NCBI GenBank assembly: GCA_029856045.1
Contig: JAHQWG010000012.1
Span: 64,001-128,000, forward strand
Length of the DNA stretch: 64,000 bases
Reading direction: 5' to 3'
From: Promethearchaeia archaeon
GTDB taxonomy: Archaea; Asgardarchaeota; Lokiarchaeia; Sigyniarchaeales; SOKP01
In this document: positions 18,743 to 28,281 of the stretch, piece by piece
Layout: the number at the start of each line of letters is the position of its first letter
Numbering within the stretch: the first letter of the stretch is position 1
The notes under the pieces: model-generated
Seen by the model: the letters and a program-made list of their open reading frames with translations, nothing else
Told to the model about the DNA's origin: nothing
Databases searched by the model: none
Translations under genes and position numbers: made by a program

Positions 18743-19662
18743 TTGAAGTTAATAATAATACAAGTGAAGGAGAAAATAATGAATTAAGTATATCGGAAAA
18801 TAATGAAAAGCATGATTTAATTATTGATTTTACTACAAGTAATGCTATTAGCAGAGTTGATATTAAGTTTTTAGTAATATATATTCCGATTTTTTGGTTT
18901 AGCGGTATATTAGTTGCGATATACTGGTATCAATACACTAAAAATCTCCCTTCAATTCAAGAGAACTGGATTTTCTGGCTTTTTCCGATTTTATATCTGC
19001 CTATTGCCATATTGTCCATGCTTTTCATTTTTATTTTTGGTTGTGTTTTTTTTAGTAAATTATTTTTAATAATTATTAATTTAATTCACAAACCAAGAGA
19101 GGGAGTATTTAGAACGGATTTAGGAGATAAGAATTTTGAGTTTTGGTGTCTTCGAACTAAATTAAAAAAATTAGTTATATGGTTACTGAGAACATGTCCT
19201 CTTCCTTGGATCGATATTATAGCTTTTAGATGGTTTGGAGTAAAAATGGATTTTTCAAGTCATCTTCTAGATTCTTGGTTTGATATTGAATTTATTAAAT
19301 TAGGACGTAAAGTAATGGTTGGACAGGGCTCAGTTGTTATGAGTTCAATGATAGTTGGTAAATATTTAATTATTAAACGAATTATTCTTGATGATTACAC
19401 AATAATAGGAGGAATGGCTTGTGTTTCACCAGGAACAATTACAGGTAAAGATTCACTTTTGGCTGCTATTTCTTCTACGATTTACAATCAAGTGCTTGAA
19501 TCAGAATGGGTTTATTTTGGAATTCCATGCATTAAATTTAAACCAAATAAGTTTACATTTAAAAAAAAAATGACTAAAAGGAGTGTGGATGAGGAGGAAG
19601 CGATTAATGTTGAACAAGAAATTAATATTGAAGATGATAAGAAAGAAAAATATAACTTGTAA
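18733..19662 (+). CDS. Membrane-anchored left-handed beta-helix protein 2 (start uncertain; frame extends ~95 codons upstream of the called TTG at 19012)
   Basis: Frame open from 18727 and encodes a TM segment (KFLVIYIPIFWFSGILVAIYW); KPREGVF, FGVKM, LGRKVMVGQGS, YFGIP. Confidence 0.7.
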   Translation: MKIIEVNNNTSEGENNELSISENNEKHDLIIDFTTSNAISRVDIKFLVIYIPIFWFSGILVAIYWYQYTKNLPSIQENWIFWLFPILYLPIAILSMLFIFIFGCVFFSKLFLIIINLIHKPREGVFRTDLGDKNFEFWCLRTKLKKLVIWLLRTCPLPWIDIIAFRWFGVKMDFSSHLLDSWFDIEFIKLGRKVMVGQGSVVMSSMIVGKYLIIKRIILDDYTIIGGMACVSPGTITGKDSLLAAISSTIYNQVLESEWVYFGIPCIKFKPNKFTFKKKMTKRSVDEEEAINVEQEINIEDDKKEKYNL

Positions 19663-19678
19663 TTTGAGGGGTTAAAAA

Positions 19679-20593
19679 ATGTCAGTACCTACAAGCATGC
19701 GGGTTGGACCATTTACCCCAACTATTTTAGTTAAAAAGAAATATATAATCTTTTATATATTTCTCATCTGGATTTCAATGATCCCTATTTTATTAGAATT
19801 TTGGTTATATTGGCAATGTTTTTGGGATGCAATAAAACCATTATACTTCTATTTTTTTCTCCCGCTTCTCTGTTTTGTTATGTATATAACTGCAGTATTA
19901 ACATCTGTTCTTTTTGCAAAATTAATATTAGTTATTATAAAGGCAATTCTTAAACCAAAAGAAGGTATTTTTCTTAGAGACGCATCAGATAAAGATTATC
20001 GCTATTGGAGTTTAAGAAATACAGTTAAAAAATGGCCAATTTGGCTTTCACACAAATTTCCGTTTCCATTCCTTGATAATATTTGTTTTAAAGTTTTTGG
20101 AGTTAAAACTAAATTTTCAAATTCGTTGTTCGAGGGATGGGTAGATTGTGAATTCATTGAATTTGGAAAAAATGTAATTATAGGACAAGGAAGCATCATT
20201 CAATCCGCTTGTATTGTTGGAAAGTTGTTAATTATAAAAAAAACAATTATTGAAGATAATGTAAGAATTGGAGCACACGCTATATGTATGCCTGGCACTC
20301 ATATTAGAAAAAATAGTGTGTTAGCAGCAAATTCTGTTGCAACAGTTGGACAAGAACTTGAAGAAGGATGGATTTATGTTGGAGTTCCTGCAACAAAATA
20401 TAAAAAGAATAGATTCTTCGAAGATGGTTTAGAAAATGTACTTGGAGATGTAAAAGATGTTGAAAATTTAAGAAAAACGTATGAGAATTTATATATTAAA
20501 CGTTATGATAAACATCTTACTTATAAAGAGAGAAAAGAACTTAAAGAAGAAAGGAGAGTAGAAGAAAAAATAAGATTGGAGCAGGGTGTATAA
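19679..20593 (+). CDS. Membrane-anchored left-handed beta-helix protein 3
   Basis: Two TM segments, KPKEGIF, FGVKT, FGKNVIIGQGS, IEDNVRIG, YVGVPA. Confidence 0.8.
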   Translation: MSVPTSMRVGPFTPTILVKKKYIIFYIFLIWISMIPILLEFWLYWQCFWDAIKPLYFYFFLPLLCFVMYITAVLTSVLFAKLILVIIKAILKPKEGIFLRDASDKDYRYWSLRNTVKKWPIWLSHKFPFPFLDNICFKVFGVKTKFSNSLFEGWVDCEFIEFGKNVIIGQGSIIQSACIVGKLLIIKKTIIEDNVRIGAHAICMPGTHIRKNSVLAANSVATVGQELEEGWIYVGVPATKYKKNRFFEDGLENVLGDVKDVENLRKTYENLYIKRYDKHLTYKERKELKEERRVEEKIRLEQGV

Positions 20594-20833
20594 AAATATT
20601 AGCAGACTTAAAAAAATGATAATAATATCTTATAAAATGTTATCCAATTCTGATATGGAAGTAACTTCACCTTATTAGTCTCTTTAACTTTAAGAGAAAA
20701 AAGAGTTAAAAGATGTTAAAGTCTTAAAAATTTAATTTTTTAAAATTAATAACTTTTTTAAGAGCAAATTATATGATTTATATAGATTTAAATTTATCAG
20801 TTAAATGACAGGATTTTTGAGGAAATAGAGCAC

Positions 20834-21460
20834 TTGAATCAATTAAAATACCAAGTAATTGAAATTCTAATAGAACATGTAAGAATAGTTACAAATAGTA
20901 TGAAAGAGATGCATTTATTTTATAAATTATGGACTGAACCTAGAGATAAAAAAGAAATAAATGAAAAAAAAGAAGAAATAAACCATTTAGAAGAACAGGC
21001 GGATGAATTAAAAGCAAGGATCATAAAAAAATTCGCTGAAGCAGAATCACAAGGATTAAGTACATTATTCGATTTAGTCCTAAAAACTGATGGGATTTTA
21101 AATTATATTAATGAATTTACAGATAGAATATTGTATATTGATAAAAGACTTTCTAAGAACATTAATAAAAGAATTAATTCTATCATAAAAATATCTATAG
21201 ATATGGGAGAAGCATTAACAATTGCAGTTAAAAGCTTATTGGGGCTAAGAGAGAAAGCATTTGATACATCAAAAAAACTACATTTGCTAGAACATGAAAT
21301 AGATTCACAATATAGAGATTTTGAGAATTATTTATACAATTCAACTGATTTAGATGTAATTACTATTTTAAAGGTAAAAGGAGCTGTCCAGAAAATTGAG
21401 GAAATGGCCGATTTAATTGAAAACATTGCAGATTTGATTCGAATCATAGCATATAGTTAA
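20834..21460 (+). CDS. DUF47/PhoU-like phosphate-transport regulator
   Basis: Repeated helical motifs LEEQADELK and LEHEIDSQY; C-terminal EEMADLIENIAD. Confidence 0.8.
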   Translation: MNQLKYQVIEILIEHVRIVTNSMKEMHLFYKLWTEPRDKKEINEKKEEINHLEEQADELKARIIKKFAEAESQGLSTLFDLVLKTDGILNYINEFTDRILYIDKRLSKNINKRINSIIKISIDMGEALTIAVKSLLGLREKAFDTSKKLHLLEHEIDSQYRDFENYLYNSTDLDVITILKVKGAVQKIEEMADLIENIADLIRIIAYS

Positions 21461-21504
21461 TAAAAATTAAAACAAAACATTAAATTAAAGAGAATGCAGA
21501 ATAT

Positions 21505-22098
21505 CTAAGGTTTAAACCATTTTAAAATATAATATGTTTTAGTCTGCGGATTTGCTATAATAAAACGTTTCCTCACAGAAGTCGCTAATCTTCCTGCTCT
21601 AACCATCTCAATTGCTGAAATATTGGAATCACTTCGCAATACTTGAATAATAAATGGGGAATGCTCAAGACCAGGTCCTTTCTTGTAAACTGCAAAATCG
21701 GCTCCAAATTTTAATGCGGGTCGAACAACATATCCCTTGTCTCTTAAATCCTTATAGATATTGTACTTATCTTCAAACAGATTATGTTTATTTTTAGCAA
21801 ACTCAAAAAATTCTTCTGAAGTGAGGTTTTTATCAGATTCTACATCAAATATGCTGATCCTTCCAGATTCCAGCAAATATTGTGCTTCAATTAATGATAA
21901 TTCAGTAGGTTTTGAATAATATTCCAATCTAGGTTTATTTATACCCAATGGGCTTCCATAAAAATTATTCACATATAGATAAGAACCGTATAGCGGATTA
22001 AAGATAATTACCCTTGAATTGATTAATTTCGCAGGGATAACCTCTGGAATATCTTCTTCTTTGATTTCATCAAGTGAAATTGCGTTTTCTTTTACCAT
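21505..22098 (-). CDS. endA: tRNA-intron endonuclease, catalytic subunit
   Basis: LSLIEAQYL, YKDLRDKGY, KFGADFAVY (Tyr), EHS (His), VRK (Lys). Confidence 0.93.
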   Translation of the reverse strand: MVKENAISLDEIKEEDIPEVIPAKLINSRVIIFNPLYGSYLYVNNFYGSPLGINKPRLEYYSKPTELSLIEAQYLLESGRISIFDVESDKNLTSEEFFEFAKNKHNLFEDKYNIYKDLRDKGYVVRPALKFGADFAVYKKGPGLEHSPFIIQVLRSDSNISAIEMVRAGRLATSVRKRFIIANPQTKTYYILKWFKP

Positions 22099-22311
22099 AT
22101 CTAAACATAAATCTGATTATTTGATTTATTTTAAGAGTTTATTTATACTAATATTTTTCGATCTTATTGAGTAAAGTTAGCAAATTTTTTTCTGAAGAAG
22201 TAAAATTAGATAGAATATAAATGATATCCTATTTAAATAAAATAAATAATGTTTAAAATGTAGATTTACGTTTTTATAATCATTATAAAACACAAAATTC
22301 TAAATTTAATA

Positions 22312-23223
22312 GTGAAAAATATGGTATTAAAACGGAAGAGTTGTGTTGCAGGCTCTTTTTATCCTCGCTATAAGCCAGATTTGATATCAATTATTGAAGA
22401 ATCTTTTTTAGATAAAAACTTTGGTGTAGGAAAACCTTTTAAATGTGAAAATCTAGAGAATAGAACAATTTATGGGGGAATATCTCCGCATGCTGGATAT
22501 GTTTATTCAGCTGCTTGTGCATCTTTTACATTTTTTAATTTGTTTAAGGAGAAAATTCCTGATACTGTTATTGTTTTAGGCACAACCCATACAGGCTATA
22601 GTGAGATTGCTTTATTGGAAGAAGGTTTTTGGGAAACTCCCTTGGGTGATATTGAGATCGATTCGGAATTAGGGAAAAAGATTGCAGAGAATAGCAATAC
22701 GATAAAAATCGACCAATCGGCATATCTTGGGTTCCCACATAGTCGTGAGCATAACATTGAAGTCCAATTACCATTTATTGTTTACTGTTCGGCTAATAAA
22801 TCAAAATTAGTTCCCATTACAATAGGCTCTATGAATTTTAAAGTATTAAACGAGATTGCAATTGATATTGCAACAGTTATTAAGTCAGAAAACAAAGATA
22901 TCGTTGTAATTGCTTCTTCTGACATGACTCATAAGCAACCCAGGAATATAATGAACCCAAAAGAAGATTTAGAGGAAATGAGAATCGTTGATCAAAAAGT
23001 TATAGATAGTTTTAATGAAAACAACCCTGAAAAGGTCTTTAATAACGCTAGAGCAACAACAGTGTGCGGACCTCAAACAATAACTACTTTAATGCTAATC
23101 TGTAATAATTTAGATGTAAAAACTCCTGAAGTATTAAAATATTACACAAGTTATGCCAAGGGAGGTGGAACTGGACCATGCGAGTATTGTGTAGGGTATT
23201 TTTCAGGGATTATGAAAATATAA
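22312..23223 (+). CDS. MEMO1-family protein (AmmeMemoRadiSam B)
   Basis: VAGSFYP, PHAGYVYS, WETPLG, EHNIEVQLPF, ASSDMTH, CG. Confidence 0.92.
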   Translation: MKNMVLKRKSCVAGSFYPRYKPDLISIIEESFLDKNFGVGKPFKCENLENRTIYGGISPHAGYVYSAACASFTFFNLFKEKIPDTVIVLGTTHTGYSEIALLEEGFWETPLGDIEIDSELGKKIAENSNTIKIDQSAYLGFPHSREHNIEVQLPFIVYCSANKSKLVPITIGSMNFKVLNEIAIDIATVIKSENKDIVVIASSDMTHKQPRNIMNPKEDLEEMRIVDQKVIDSFNENNPEKVFNNARATTVCGPQTITTLMLICNNLDVKTPEVLKYYTSYAKGGGTGPCEYCVGYFSGIMKI

Positions 23224-23820
23224 TTGAATCTAAACATAATTACAATGCTAGTTATAGACGAAGAATCAATAAAAAAAGCTAGAATTACTCTCGTTCTAAT
23301 TACAATCAATTTAATGGCTTATTTTATAATAAATGTTGGACTTGGAGAAGATTATGTGATATTACTCTCTCAAATCAATGTTAATATTTATAATGGGGAA
23401 GTTTATCGACTTTTTACAGCAATGTTTTTACATGCTGATTTATTGCATCTATTTAATAATATGGTTTTTCTATTTCTTTTTGGTATTGGAATAGAATCAA
23501 ATTATCGAAGAATTGAATATATTGTGATTTACTTCATGTCCGGTTTTATTGGAAACCTATTTAGTTTATTTCTCTTACCTTTAAATGTCATTAGTTTAGG
23601 TGCATCTGGTTGTGTTTTTGGTCTAATTGGTGCTGCAATAATGAGTTATATAAGATATGATAGAAGTGCAATACTGTTTGGAGCAATCTATTTAATATTT
23701 TTTTTATTTCAATCAATAGGACCTGAGATTAATATTTGGGCACATTTATTTGGAGGTTTAGTAGGACTTTTTCTAGGATATCTGATTAATAGAAATAAAA
23801 ATGTTGAAAATATATACTAA
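23224..23820 (+). CDS. Rhomboid intramembrane serine protease
   Basis: RLFTAMFLH...H..NNM, GASG catalytic Ser, AHLFG catalytic His. Confidence 0.92.
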   Translation: MNLNIITMLVIDEESIKKARITLVLITINLMAYFIINVGLGEDYVILLSQINVNIYNGEVYRLFTAMFLHADLLHLFNNMVFLFLFGIGIESNYRRIEYIVIYFMSGFIGNLFSLFLLPLNVISLGASGCVFGLIGAAIMSYIRYDRSAILFGAIYLIFFLFQSIGPEINIWAHLFGGLVGLFLGYLINRNKNVENIY

Positions 23821-23863
23821 AAATTAAACTTTTTTTAAAATAAAAAACTATTTTATAATTATT

Positions 23864-24790
23864 ATGGCAGAAAAAGATATACGTGTTGCCGGGATTATTG
23901 ACAAATTAACTGAAATAACCACTGAATATAACCAACTTACTAAAGAAAACGAAGAATTAAAACAAAAAATAATGAAGAATGTTGAACTTCTATCTGAGGC
24001 AGAGATTGTAATTAAAAATTTAAAAGAACAAGTAGCAATTTTTAAAAATCAAAAGAAAAGTGATATCCCTCAATTGCCACCACAAGTAAATGAGTTAAGA
24101 AGAGAATTGGTAGAAAAAGAAAATGCATTAAAAAATGCACACAATATTATAAAGGAAAAAGAAAATGAAATTTCTATTATGAAACTAAAGGTCAGTACTT
24201 CAGTCTTAAGCGATCAATCACAATTAAATAATTTTAGACAAGAATTACTCGAAAAGAATAGCCAAATATCAGAGCTTTCTAATCTTAATAATGAATTAAA
24301 GAGTCAAATTAAAAGATTGGAGACTGCCAAGATTATTACGGAAGCACCAACCCCTGCAGCTGAAACATCTGCTTCTTTAAATGTTTTAGTCGAAGATTTA
24401 CAAGATAAATTGAATAAAAGTAAACGGCATGCAGAGAAACTTGAAGTAGAGTTTAGAAATTTAAAGTCCATTCAAGGACAAGGAGCAGCCTTAGAACGAA
24501 TTACAGAACTTGAAAATAAAAATGAGAGATTATTACAAAAATTAAAGGAATTAGAGTCTATTCAATTAACTTCAGAAGATCCAAATAAAATTATACAACT
24601 TGAAGAACAATTAAAAGAAAAGGCAACAATTATTATGGAACTTGAGTCAAAACAAACCGAAGCTTCCACTACTGTTAGTTCAGGAGTTGGAGCTCCTGCC
24701 GGATTAATCGAGGATTTACAAATAAAGATTAATAAATTAAAATCTGAAGTTAAAAAGAAAGATGAAATGATTTCTAAATTAAGATCATAA
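23864..24790 (+). CDS. Coiled-coil protein with internal repeats
   Basis: Heptad-rich E/K/L sequence; repeated EDLQ.K.NK.K motif. Confidence 0.75.
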   Translation: MAEKDIRVAGIIDKLTEITTEYNQLTKENEELKQKIMKNVELLSEAEIVIKNLKEQVAIFKNQKKSDIPQLPPQVNELRRELVEKENALKNAHNIIKEKENEISIMKLKVSTSVLSDQSQLNNFRQELLEKNSQISELSNLNNELKSQIKRLETAKIITEAPTPAAETSASLNVLVEDLQDKLNKSKRHAEKLEVEFRNLKSIQGQGAALERITELENKNERLLQKLKELESIQLTSEDPNKIIQLEEQLKEKATIIMELESKQTEASTTVSSGVGAPAGLIEDLQIKINKLKSEVKKKDEMISKLRS

Positions 24791-24838
24791 AAGATATTAA
24801 TTATTTTTAAAAAATTTCTTAATTATTTTGATGAGTTA

Positions 24839-25822
24839 ATGAATAATTCAAAAAAAATTGCCTTAAAGGAAAAACTCACATTCATTTTTTGCGGGCATTT
24901 TGCATTAGATAAAATTTTTAGATTCAATCAGGATAGCATGGAAACCGTTGGAGGTGGGGTAACATATGGATCACTCGCTTTAGATACATATACTAGTGAT
25001 GTTTGGATTGGAATAGTTTCAAATTTAGGAAGTTTAAATTTCAAAAAGGAATTTCTGGGAGAATTTCTCGAAAGAAATATTAATTTAGATGGCATAACGT
25101 GGAGCCATTCCAAAAATACAAGTTTTGTTTTAAATTATTTTAATCATAGCAGAAAATTAACCTTAGTTTCTAAAAGTCCTAACCTCAATTTTAGAAATTT
25201 TCCATTAAATTATATTTCGAAAAATCCAGATGCTATTCTTTTATGCACATTATGTAATGAAATAGATATTGAATATATAGAAGATTTGGTAAAAAATTTA
25301 AAAAATAGTTATATTGCCATCGATCTCCAAGGATTTATCAGAAAAATTGATAATTCTGGGCAAATATCATTAAGATATGATAAAAATTTCAACAAAAAGA
25401 TCTCATATATAAGTGATTTAATTAATGAAAATCTTATTTTAAAAGGTTCCCAGGAAGAGATGAGCACACTTTCTGGAATAAAAAACCCCATTAAATCAAT
25501 CAAAAAATTAACAATGAATGATTCGTTAATAATTACAACTCTTGGGGAAAAAGGTTCATTAATTGCAAGGAAAGGAGAGAAAATAATTAAAATCCCTGCA
25601 TTTAGTCCTAATGTTGTTGTAGATGAAACGGGTGCTGGAGATGTCTATATGTCTGTTTTTATGTATGAATTTTTAAAATCCTCAAAAGATTGGGAATCAA
25701 TAAAAAATGCTGGTTATTTTGCTTCTGCTGCCTCTTCTTTTTTAGTTGAAATGAAAGGCCCAAAAGGTTTTAAACTTAAAGAAAAGGTGATCAAACGAAT
25801 AAAAAATAAAAATTATATATAA
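24839..25822 (+). CDS. PfkB/ribokinase-family carbohydrate kinase
   Basis: GGGVTY, IDLQG, TLGEKGS, DETGAGD. Confidence 0.88.
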   Translation: MNNSKKIALKEKLTFIFCGHFALDKIFRFNQDSMETVGGGVTYGSLALDTYTSDVWIGIVSNLGSLNFKKEFLGEFLERNINLDGITWSHSKNTSFVLNYFNHSRKLTLVSKSPNLNFRNFPLNYISKNPDAILLCTLCNEIDIEYIEDLVKNLKNSYIAIDLQGFIRKIDNSGQISLRYDKNFNKKISYISDLINENLILKGSQEEMSTLSGIKNPIKSIKKLTMNDSLIITTLGEKGSLIARKGEKIIKIPAFSPNVVVDETGAGDVYMSVFMYEFLKSSKDWESIKNAGYFASAASSFLVEMKGPKGFKLKEKVIKRIKNKNYI

Positions 25823-25881
25823 TTGAAAACTAAAATCAATTTAATAAAAAACATAAAACGATTTTTTTTAATGGAAAAGTT

Positions 25882-26469
25882 ATGCATATAAATGTACATT
25901 ATGCCATTGGAGTAATAGTCGCCTCGATTAGCCAATTCTTTCTTAAGATTAATTTATTTGAATTTTTTATGATTATTTTTTGTTCATTTATTATAGATTT
26001 CGATGTTTTTTTTTCCAAATATGCAAAAGATCATAACCATAGGAATCTTATTACACATTCTATTTGGCCCGGGAGTGTTTTACTAATATTTGGAATCATT
26101 TTTTTAAATCTTTTATTAATATTATGCGGAATTACTCTCTTAATTCATGTTTTCTCTGATACATTTGATTGGGGTACAAATTTATTCTATACTGGAAAAA
26201 CAATTGGGTTAAAATTATTAATTACTTCAGAAGAAATGAAAAATATGGATGAAATTCTTTCAAAATATAAAGTGGCGCATTCCTTCTTTGTTTTTAGATA
26301 TTATAATAATAAATTCTGTAAAATTTTAGAAATTCTTGTTTTTATTTTAATGATTTTATTAAATATTTTTCTTGCAAGTGAATTTTGGTATTTCTTTATT
26401 ATCTATTTCTTCTTTTTAAGCATGCAAATGTATGAATATAAGAAATTGAAAAAAATTGAGAATTCTTAA
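25882..26469 (+). CDS. Membrane-bound metal-dependent hydrolase (YbcI/YdjM-like)
   Basis: N-terminal His, DFD, HR...THS, H...D, multiple TM segments. Confidence 0.75.
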   Translation: MHINVHYAIGVIVASISQFFLKINLFEFFMIIFCSFIIDFDVFFSKYAKDHNHRNLITHSIWPGSVLLIFGIIFLNLLLILCGITLLIHVFSDTFDWGTNLFYTGKTIGLKLLITSEEMKNMDEILSKYKVAHSFFVFRYYNNKFCKILEILVFILMILLNIFLASEFWYFFIIYFFFLSMQMYEYKKLKKIENS

Positions 26470-26571
26470 AGTATTTTATAATGAAAAAAAAGCTTTTAAT
26501 TAAAAAAGAAAAAATATAAAATAAAGAAATCACATTAGTAATTAATTTAGAACAACAATGGATGAAAAAAT

Positions 26572-26907
26572 ATGATTAAAACAATTGAAGACTGTCAAAA
26601 GTTTGTTGATGTTTACAATACTATTTTTAATGAGGGAAAAAATGAATTTCTATATAAGATTCAATTAGGGGATAGTCGAACCATTGTAAGAACGTTTAAA
26701 ATGAGAAAGTTTAAGATAACTTTGAACGAAGAGAAAAAAATCAATGTATTATTGAAGGGGGAAAATAAATTTATTGCAGAAGAAGGAGCTCCATATTGTC
26801 CGTGTAAACTCCAACATATTGATCAAAATATATGCCCATGTGAAGAATGTTTAGATGAAGCTGAAGAACTTGGGCATTGCCATTGTCTAATGTATGTTAA
26901 AGTATAA
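26572..26907 (+). CDS. Ferredoxin-thioredoxin reductase catalytic-subunit-like protein
   Basis: YCPC...ICPC...HCHC signature. Confidence 0.85.
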   Translation: MIKTIEDCQKFVDVYNTIFNEGKNEFLYKIQLGDSRTIVRTFKMRKFKITLNEEKKINVLLKGENKFIAEEGAPYCPCKLQHIDQNICPCEECLDEAEELGHCHCLMYVKV

Positions 26908-26914
26908 ACTCGTT

Positions 26915-27640
26915 TCAAGAAAACTTATATTTTTTTCCAACGATACCAACAAAGCATTTATCTCCAAACTGTCTTTTAAAATTTAGAGCATTCATTGTGC
27001 AATGGCATAAAATAACTGATTTTAACATAGGATTTAACTGTTTTGCTTCCTCATTACTAAATTTGAACCCATGCATACCACCAATTATATGTAAAGGTGT
27101 GTTGAGGCGTATGCCTAAATTGGTTCTTTCTTTTAAAATTGCACTCAATCCTGGATGACAACAACCACACAGTAGGATATAACTCTCATTAATTTTTATA
27201 AATAATGCCTGTTCGTGTATTCCTCCATAATCTGAAGACCATAAAGAATTCGTTAAAAAGAGACCTGGAGATATTTCGCTTATTTCTCTTCCCTTTTCGA
27301 TAATTACTTGATTTTTTTTTGGAACGGTAATACCTTTATAGCTTTCTTGAGCGTCCCAATCTCTGTGAACATAAACAAAAATATTTTCATTTTTTTTTAA
27401 GATTCCTGGCAAGCCATCCGTGTGATCATAATGATTATGACTTAAGATTACAGCATCCAAGGAGGAGGGAGAGACCTCCAAAGTTTTGAAATTAAGTAAA
27501 AGTGGTTCGATCTTTGTGCCTGTGTCAAATAATATTTTTTTATTATTAATTTCAATTAAAGCAGAAAAGCCATAGGATTTTATGAAACCATGTTCCACTC
27601 CATTAAAATCATCTATTAATATCGTAATATTAACAAACAT
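26915..27640 (-). CDS. Metallo-beta-lactamase-fold hydrolase (MJ0301-like class)
   Basis: GFSALI, LFDTG, SHNHYDHTDG, GCCHPG, GGMH, CHCT. Confidence 0.85.
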   Translation of the reverse strand: MFVNITILIDDFNGVEHGFIKSYGFSALIEINNKKILFDTGTKIEPLLLNFKTLEVSPSSLDAVILSHNHYDHTDGLPGILKKNENIFVYVHRDWDAQESYKGITVPKKNQVIIEKGREISEISPGLFLTNSLWSSDYGGIHEQALFIKINESYILLCGCCHPGLSAILKERTNLGIRLNTPLHIIGGMHGFKFSNEEAKQLNPMLKSVILCHCTMNALNFKRQFGDKCFVGIVGKKYKFS

Positions 27641-27825
27641 AGCCTTATTATTTCTAATTATTATCCCTTTATATTCTCTTCTAATTTAAATTAGATATTC
27701 CTCTTGTACAAATTGTAATATTAAAAAAAGTTTATAAAAATCTCAAGAAAGTAAAAATTTATTATCCTTAGATTCTTTTAAAAAATAATTCTCTTAGAAT
27801 TAAAGTATTTAATATAATTAAAAAT

Positions 27826-28104
27826 TTGGTTTTAAAATTGGTAAAAGGAACAGTTAAATGGTTTAATAGCCGAAAAGGCTTTGGATTTATAAACTCTGAA
27901 GAGGGGAACGATGTATTTGTTCATTACTCAGCATTATCTGGGGAAGGGGATGAATATAAAACGCTAAACGAAAATGACAAAGTTGAGTTCGATGTTGTTC
28001 AAGGTGAAAAAGGACCACAAGCTTCAAACGTTGTTGTTACAGAAAAAGCTCCTCGACAATTCAATTCATACAATAAAGGCGGCAAACGAAATTATCGCTA
28101 TTAA
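27826..28104 (+). CDS. csp: Cold-shock domain protein
   Basis: GTVKWFN, KGFGFI (RNP1), DVFVHYS (RNP2), KGPQASNV. Confidence 0.95.
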   Translation: MVLKLVKGTVKWFNSRKGFGFINSEEGNDVFVHYSALSGEGDEYKTLNENDKVEFDVVQGEKGPQASNVVVTEKAPRQFNSYNKGGKRNYRY

Positions 28105-28281
28105 TTTTATGAATTAAAATAAATCTCTAAAAAGTAATAATAAAAAATTAAGTAGTAAATAATAATAAGTAAAAATCTCTTTTTACGATTGTTATCGAAC
28201 CTTATCTTTTTTTTTAATTAATTTTGGTATTTAATCGGATTAAATAGAACTGATTATGAAAAAGATTAGTTTTATTTATTT

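Noticed and set aside
20630-20671. Minus-strand GEVTSISELDNIL*, resembling a HAD-hydrolase C-terminus
   Set aside because: 13 residues is too short to support.
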